The notes under the pieces: generated by a model
What the model saw: only the letters and a program-made list of their open reading frames with translations
The model's database searches: none
Told to the model about the DNA's origin: nothing
Source of the DNA: an uncultured Actinomycetota bacterium
GTDB taxonomy: Bacteria; Actinomycetota; Actinomycetes; JACCUZ01
Assembly (NCBI GenBank): GCA_963751035.1
Contig: CAVVSW010000005.1
Span: forward strand, 708,784 to 772,783
Direction: 5' to 3'
Length of the DNA stretch: 64,000 bases
Translations under genes and position numbers: made by a program
Shown here: positions 59,578 through 64,000 of the stretch, in pieces
How positions within the stretch are numbered: position 1 is the first letter of the stretch
Layout of the letters: every line of letters starts with the position of its first letter

Positions 59578-61037
59578 GTGTCGGACACGGCTGGCCCCCC
59601 TCCGCCCGAGCCCGCGACCGCTGAGGTTCACCCCCGCAAGGCGGTGAGCGCCGCGACGGCCGCCAGGCGGGTAGCCACCGCCAAGCGGGTCGAGGACAAG
59701 CCGGCCAAGCGTCCGGCGGTCAAGAAGGTCGCTCCGATCGGCAAGGTTCCCGCGAGCAAGGCGCCCGCCAAGAAGGCTGCGCCGGCCGCGAAGCCCGCCG
59801 CCGCGAAGGCGCCGGCGAAGAAGGCAGCGCCCGCCTCCAAAGCGACCGCCAAGTCGGCGCCCACCAATGGCAAGTCGGCGTCCAACGGCAAGGCCCGGCC
59901 GACGGCAAGGGGGCAGGCGGCGGCAAGGCTGCCAGCGGCACGAAGGCAGCCGAGGCGACCGCAGCGGCGCCCGCGGAGCCGGCGGAGGACGAGGCGGTCG
60001 TCGTCGGCATCGACGGCGTGTCGCCCGACGAGGAGCCGACCGACCTGCCAGTGGGCGAGGAGGGCGCCTTCGTCATCGCCGACGACGACGAGGAGGACGC
60101 ACCCGCCCAGCAGGTGTCGACCGCCGGCGCGACCGCCGACCCGGTCAAGGACTACCTCAAGCAGATCGGCAAGGTCGCCCTGCTCAACGCCGAGCAGGAG
60201 GTCGAGCTCGCCAAGCGCATCGAGGCGGGGCTGTTCTCCGAGGAGAAGCTGAACTCCGGCGAGAAGTTCGCGCCCAAGCTGAAGAAGGAGCTCGACTGGA
60301 TCGCCGAGGACGGCCGCCGGGCGAAGAACCACCTGCTCGAGGCCAACCTCCGCCTGGTCGTCTCACTGGCCAAGCGCTACACCGGCCGCGGCATGCTCTT
60401 CCTCGACCTGATCCAGGAGGGCAACCTCGGCCTGATCCGCGCGGTCGAGAAGTTCGACTACACCAAGGGCTACAAGTTCTCGACGTACGCCACGTGGTGG
60501 ATCCGCCAGGCGATCACCCGCGCGATGGCCGACCAGGCCCGCACGATCCGCATCCCCGTGCACATGGTCGAGGTCATCAACAAGCTGGCCCGCGTCCAGC
60601 GCCAGATGCTGCAGGACCTGGGCCGCGAGCCCACCCCGGAGGAGCTCGCCAAGGAGCTCGACATGACCCCGGAGAAGGTCGTGGAGGTGCAGAAGTACGG
60701 CCGCGAGCCGATCTCCCTGCACACCCCGCTCGGCGAGGACGGCGACAGCGAGTTCGGCGACCTGATCGAGGACTCCGAGGCGGTCGTCCCCGCCGACGCC
60801 GTGTCGTTCACGCTGCTGCAGGAGCAGCTGCACTCGGTGCTGGACACGCTCTCCGAGCGCGAGGCCGGTGTGGTGTCGATGCGCTTCGGCCTCACCGACG
60901 GGCAGCCCAAGACCCTCGACGAGATCGGCAAGGTCTACGGCGTGACTCGCGAGCGGATCCGCCAGATCGAGTCCAAGACGATGTCCAAGCTGCGCCACCC
61001 GTCGCGCTCACAGGTCCTGCGCGACTACCTCGACTAG
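59578..61037 (+). pseudogene. rpoD: Principal sigma factor RpoD/SigA/HrdB, frameshifted as sequenced (-1 nt near 59893-59900); certainly intact in vivo
   Basis: The Ala/Lys/Pro-rich N-terminus is in frame 1. From ..[19 protein letters not shown].. onward the sequence is in ORF 60018..61037, with [46 protein letters not shown] and [19 protein letters not shown]. Length is 1460 nt (3n+2). Confidence 0.9.
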
Positions 61038-61576
61038 TAGCCGCCCGCGTCCCCTCCACCGGACATGATCTGTGTCCCGGACGGGGCAATCACCCACCAG
61101 AGACCGCCGGAGAGGTTCTTGCCCTGGCCGGTGGCCTGACCGGGTCCAGAGTCCGCTGCGTAGGTGTAGACGGGCCATCCGTTGACGGACAGTTGTGTCA
61201 TGCCATCCGAGCGCTTGATGGTCGCCAGCTTTGCGGTCACGTCCGACGAGTGGCTGACCGTGCCAGATGCCTTGGCGGCCGGCCAATACTGCAGACAGGT
61301 GTCCGTGCAGTTGGATTTGCCGGGCGAGTCTGCGGCGAACGCGTACAGCGTCCTGCCGTTGGAGTCCACCAGGACCTTCCCGAAGTCGGTCGTCCCGGTG
61401 TGGACGCTTTCGCCGACGGCTCCCTGAGCGGCCTGGGTCGTCTTCGGAGAGGTGCTGGAACTGCTCGAGCTTCCGTATCCCGCCCCGCTCCCACATGCGG
61501 CGACAAGGAGGCCGGCTGCGACCAGTCCCGCTGCGCCCACGAGTCGGCGGCTTGCTCTCGAGATATGCATCGACAT
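61034..61576 (-). CDS. Lipoprotein with secreted repeats (COG4315 / Lipoprotein_15-like)
   Basis: Lipobox LLVAACG. Repeated G(R/W)xLYxF/Y..D motifs ([14 protein letters not shown] and [15 protein letters not shown]). Confidence 0.75.
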   Translation of the reverse strand: MSMHISRASRRLVGAAGLVAAGLLVAACGSGAGYGSSSSSSTSPKTTQAAQGAVGESVHTGTTDFGKVLVDSNGRTLYAFAADSPGKSNCTDTCLQYWPAAKASGTVSHSSDVTAKLATIKRSDGMTQLSVNGWPVYTYAADSGPGQATGQGKNLSGGLWWVIAPSGTQIMSGGGDAGGY

Positions 61577-61671
61577 GACGTTCTCCTTGCTTGCTGTGTG
61601 GCGATGGAGTGCCTTGTCTGTGCCTACGTAGCGACCCTGCTACCGGTTCATCCCCCGGCTGAAGGCGACCG

Positions 61672-61878
61672 TCAGCTCGCTTCGGCCAGCTGTGGAGTGT
61701 GCTGGTGGTAGACGAGGCCGCTGGACGGTGCTGAGGCCCCCGTCAGGTACACGCCGTCCGCGCCACACGCGCACTCGAACTGCACGACGATGCCGCGGGG
61801 AGTATTCGTCATCGCGGTCATCTGGCGGGTCGACAGGAGGACCTCGTGATCGAGGGTTGGGCAGAAGATGCTGAACAT
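61672..61878 (-). CDS. Small hypothetical protein (68 aa, Cys-containing)
   Basis: Good AAGGAG Shine-Dalgarno 7 nt upstream of the ATG at 61878. No family recognised. Confidence 0.5.
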   Translation of the reverse strand: MFSIFCPTLDHEVLLSTRQMTAMTNTPRGIVVQFECACGADGVYLTGASAPSSGLVYHQHTPQLAEAS

Positions 61879-62082
61879 CGAGAACTCCTTGATTCAGGTG
61901 GTTGGTGGCTCACCGGGATTGCTTTCGCGGGCGTCGACCCGCTACTCGAAGGTCGCAGGCACGCTCGCTCGCACCCAGGGTGTTGGGGACGTCAGTCCTC
62001 GCGTGATCGCCCCCCGCGGAACGGCGGATAACCGCCTGGACCCCGAGAAGGAGCACCCACCTAGGCGCGAGCGAGCGTTCGT

Positions 62083-62481
62083 TCAGGACGGCGGAGCGAA
62101 GAACTCCAGGGCGATACCGTCCGGGTCACGGAACGCGAGCCCCGACCCGTAGTGAGCGTCGACGATCCCTCCGTGGCTGACCCCGAGCTCGTCCAGGCGG
62201 TTAACCCACTTCTCGAGCTCGCTGCGGCTGGCGCAGCTGAACGCCACGTGGTCCAGCCCAGGGCTGCGCTCGGCGAACGGTGTGCGGACCTCACCCTGGT
62301 GCTTGTGGAGGCCGAAGAGGTGACCTCCGCCGAGTGCGAACACCGTGTGATGGAAGCTGCCGGCCTCGACGTCTTCGTCGAGCACTGGCGAACTGCCGAA
62401 GAGCGCCGCGTACCAGGCGGTGCTGCGAGGCAGGTCGGTGACGGTCAGTGCGATGTGGGTGATTCCGGGGAACTGGGACAT
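62083..62481 (-). CDS. VOC (glyoxalase/bleomycin-resistance/dioxygenase) family protein
   Basis: 132 aa from the ATG at 62481, with ITHIALTVTDLPRSTAWY and GLDHVAF..GLAFRDPDGIALEF. Confidence 0.85.
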   Translation of the reverse strand: MSQFPGITHIALTVTDLPRSTAWYAALFGSSPVLDEDVEAGSFHHTVFALGGGHLFGLHKHQGEVRTPFAERSPGLDHVAFSCASRSELEKWVNRLDELGVSHGGIVDAHYGSGLAFRDPDGIALEFFAPPS

Positions 62482-62528
62482 GCTGGTCTCCTTGGTGGTG
62501 TCGCCTGATGACGGCTTCGTCGCGCTGG

Positions 62529-63593
62529 TCATGGCTGGTCGGCTCCGAGGTCGACAGCGATGTCGAGGAGTGCTCGGGCTGCTTCGTCGACGGTGACGCG
62601 GTCGTCGCCCTCGAACGTGTCGATCTCGAGCCGGTCGGTTGGCTCGCCGCCGCTGACGACGGTCTCGCCAGTCAGCCCGGTCACGTCGACCGAGCCGGCG
62701 TGCGCCGCGACATCGACCCGGTCCGCTCGGTCGGTGCCGTTCACGACGACGGTGTCGACCTTGGCGTCGCCGGTGCCGGCGGCCGAGGCGAGGTCGATGT
62801 CCGCGACGGAGAGAGCGGTGCCGCTGAGGTCGCCGATCGTCACGGCGTCGGCGCCACCGAGGGTGGCGAGGTCGAGCCGCTCGACCCCGTCGAGGTCCAT
62901 CCGGATGGTGCCCGGGCTGCGCAGGAAGACCGCGCTCGTGCCGTCCGCCGTCAGGGACATCAGCTCGTCGCCGTTGGAGCCGTTGAAGGCCAACGTGTCC
63001 CGACCGCGGCCGCCGCTGATCGCGTCGTTGCCCTCTCCGGGGTTCCACGCTGCCGTGTCGTCGCCGGAGCCGAGCACCTCGGTATCGGTGCCGACCCCGC
63101 CGTTGACGAAGTCGGCGCCGCGGCCGCCGTACACGAGGTCGGTGCCCGCTCCGCCCAGGAGGAGGTCCTCCCCGGAGCCACCGATCAGGAGATCGTTCGC
63201 GGCGCCTCCGACGGCGGTGTCGTCGCCAGCTCCTGACCTGATCGTCTGCGGCACGTCGGCTAGCGGCCCGCCGCTGAGTGTGCGGAAGTCGTCGTCACCG
63301 GCACGCAGATCCACCGACGCCGAGTGGAAGGTGCGTGGGTCGAGGCGCTGGACGTGGTCGTGACCGAGATCCACCACGACGGAGTCGAGGGCGGTGAAGT
63401 CGACGGTGATCCGGTCGGCGGCGTTCGTGCCACTGATGACGAGCACGTCGTTGACTACCGTGGCGGAGGCTCGTGCCGGCGTCGCCTGTGCCGGACCCGC
63501 CGAGACTGCGGCGACCAGGCCGATCAGGCCGATCAGGGTAGTGGCGGCCGCGGCCCGGACGAACGACCTGGTGGTTCTGCTCTGCTCATTCAT
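62529..63593 (-). CDS. Secreted calcium-binding protein with hemolysin-type (RTX-like) GGxGxD repeats
   Basis: 354 aa from the ATG at 63593, with a signal peptide and the run GGAANDLLIGGSGEDLLLGGAGTDLVYGGRGADFVNGGVGTD. Confidence 0.75.
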   Translation of the reverse strand: MNEQSRTTRSFVRAAAATTLIGLIGLVAAVSAGPAQATPARASATVVNDVLVISGTNAADRITVDFTALDSVVVDLGHDHVQRLDPRTFHSASVDLRAGDDDFRTLSGGPLADVPQTIRSGAGDDTAVGGAANDLLIGGSGEDLLLGGAGTDLVYGGRGADFVNGGVGTDTEVLGSGDDTAAWNPGEGNDAISGGRGRDTLAFNGSNGDELMSLTADGTSAVFLRSPGTIRMDLDGVERLDLATLGGADAVTIGDLSGTALSVADIDLASAAGTGDAKVDTVVVNGTDRADRVDVAAHAGSVDVTGLTGETVVSGGEPTDRLEIDTFEGDDRVTVDEAARALLDIAVDLGADQP

Positions 63594-63674
63594 TGTCTGC
63601 TCCTCTCGTGATCGGGCCGGCCGATGCCGACCTTTGCGGCTACTACGGCGGCGTCCACGCACCGGTTCGGTCCG

Positions 63675-63692
63675 GGATCCGGCGCCGGATCC
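63675..63692. promoter_or_regulatory. Perfect 18-bp palindrome GGATCCGGCGCCGGATCC
   Basis: Lies in the divergent intergenic region between the RTX-like gene and the ECF sigma gene. Confidence 0.35.
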
Positions 63693-63780
63693 GGGCGAAC
63701 CGAGCCGGACCCGGCTGCGTAAGCAGGGAGTGAGACGCAGCGCGACCGCCACTGAAGCGACTCCCGCACGCCTGCGCACC

Positions 63781-64000
63781 ATGGAGACCGCCGGTGAACG
63801 CTGGGCTAGCGTGACGACCGTGGCCCTGGACGACGCCGAGATGGCGTCATGGTTCGCTTCAGGAGACGCGGACTCGGTCCGGGTCGTCTACCAGACCTAC
63901 GGCCGGCTGGTGTTCGCGATCGCGTACAGGGTGCTCGGGGATACCGGCCTCGCGGAGGATGCCACCCAGCAGACGTTCGTGCAGGCGTGGCGTGCGGCGG
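63781..64000 (+). CDS. ECF-type sigma-70 family sigma factor, 3' end runs off the window
   Basis: Translation METAGERW..VVYQTYGRLVFAIAYRVLGDTGLAEDATQQTFVQAWRAA has the shape of region 2.1/2.2. It is absent from the ORF track because no stop is reached. Confidence 0.7.
   Translation, partial: METAGERWASVTTVALDDAEMASWFASGDADSVRVVYQTYGRLVFAIAYRVLGDTGLAEDATQQTFVQAWRAA

Noticed and set aside
61985-62050. Partial resemblance of the plus strand (..ACGGCGGATAACCGCCTGGAC..) to the 3' sub-domain of the ZTP (pfl) riboswitch.
   Set aside because: The 5' sub-domain consensus (GGGTCGTGACTGGCG-like) is not present. There is no downstream plus-strand gene. The flanking genes have nothing to do with purine or folate metabolism.

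Overview
High-GC (about 70%) actinobacterial chromosomal segment, possibly Nocardioides-like (that guess is unverified). It is densely packed with about 60 protein genes and looks like core chromosome rather than an accessory island. I saw no transposase, integrase, phage gene, CRISPR array, tRNA or rRNA. Contents in order: a DUF4192 gene and a divergent mmpL/tetR pair. A SAM-IV riboswitch in front of an orphan ORF. An NCS1 permease with a purine nucleoside phosphorylase. A group-2 sigma factor. A first sugar locus with LacI, GH43, GH2, a secreted GH43 and a CUT1 ABC importer. PAC2, an endonuclease-V-like glycosylase, and an mprA-mprB-htrA stress module. A second sugar locus with LacI, an ABC importer, a DUF3131 glucanase-like protein and a GH39-like protein. 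Central metabolism and signalling genes (ADH, citrate synthase, GGDEF-EAL, acyl-ACP desaturase, Rieske, family-A polymerase, AKR, ArfB). A c-di-AMP (ydaO) riboswitch in front of an Rpf-LysM gene. An RqlH-like RecQ helicase, GabD, a pip-patatin-acyltransferase-NUDIX operon, a USP + PAS/GAF/PP2C pair, the principal sigma factor, and a small cluster ending in an RTX-like protein and a partial ECF sigma factor. The most striking property of the sequence itself is about 18 single-nucleotide indels, mostly +1 and often in G/C runs. They break otherwise well-conserved genes, including the essential rpoD and gltA, so I read them as assembly or polishing errors rather than biology. I did not find a convincing new multi-gene system. 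The best leads are the SAM-IV-controlled orphan ORF, two unassigned structured intergenic RNAs (about 9990-10092 and 61961-62078), a 20-nt motif shared by two distant loci, and several perfect palindromic operators with no cognate regulator nearby. All family calls rest on motif and sequence recognition by eye; no searches were run.
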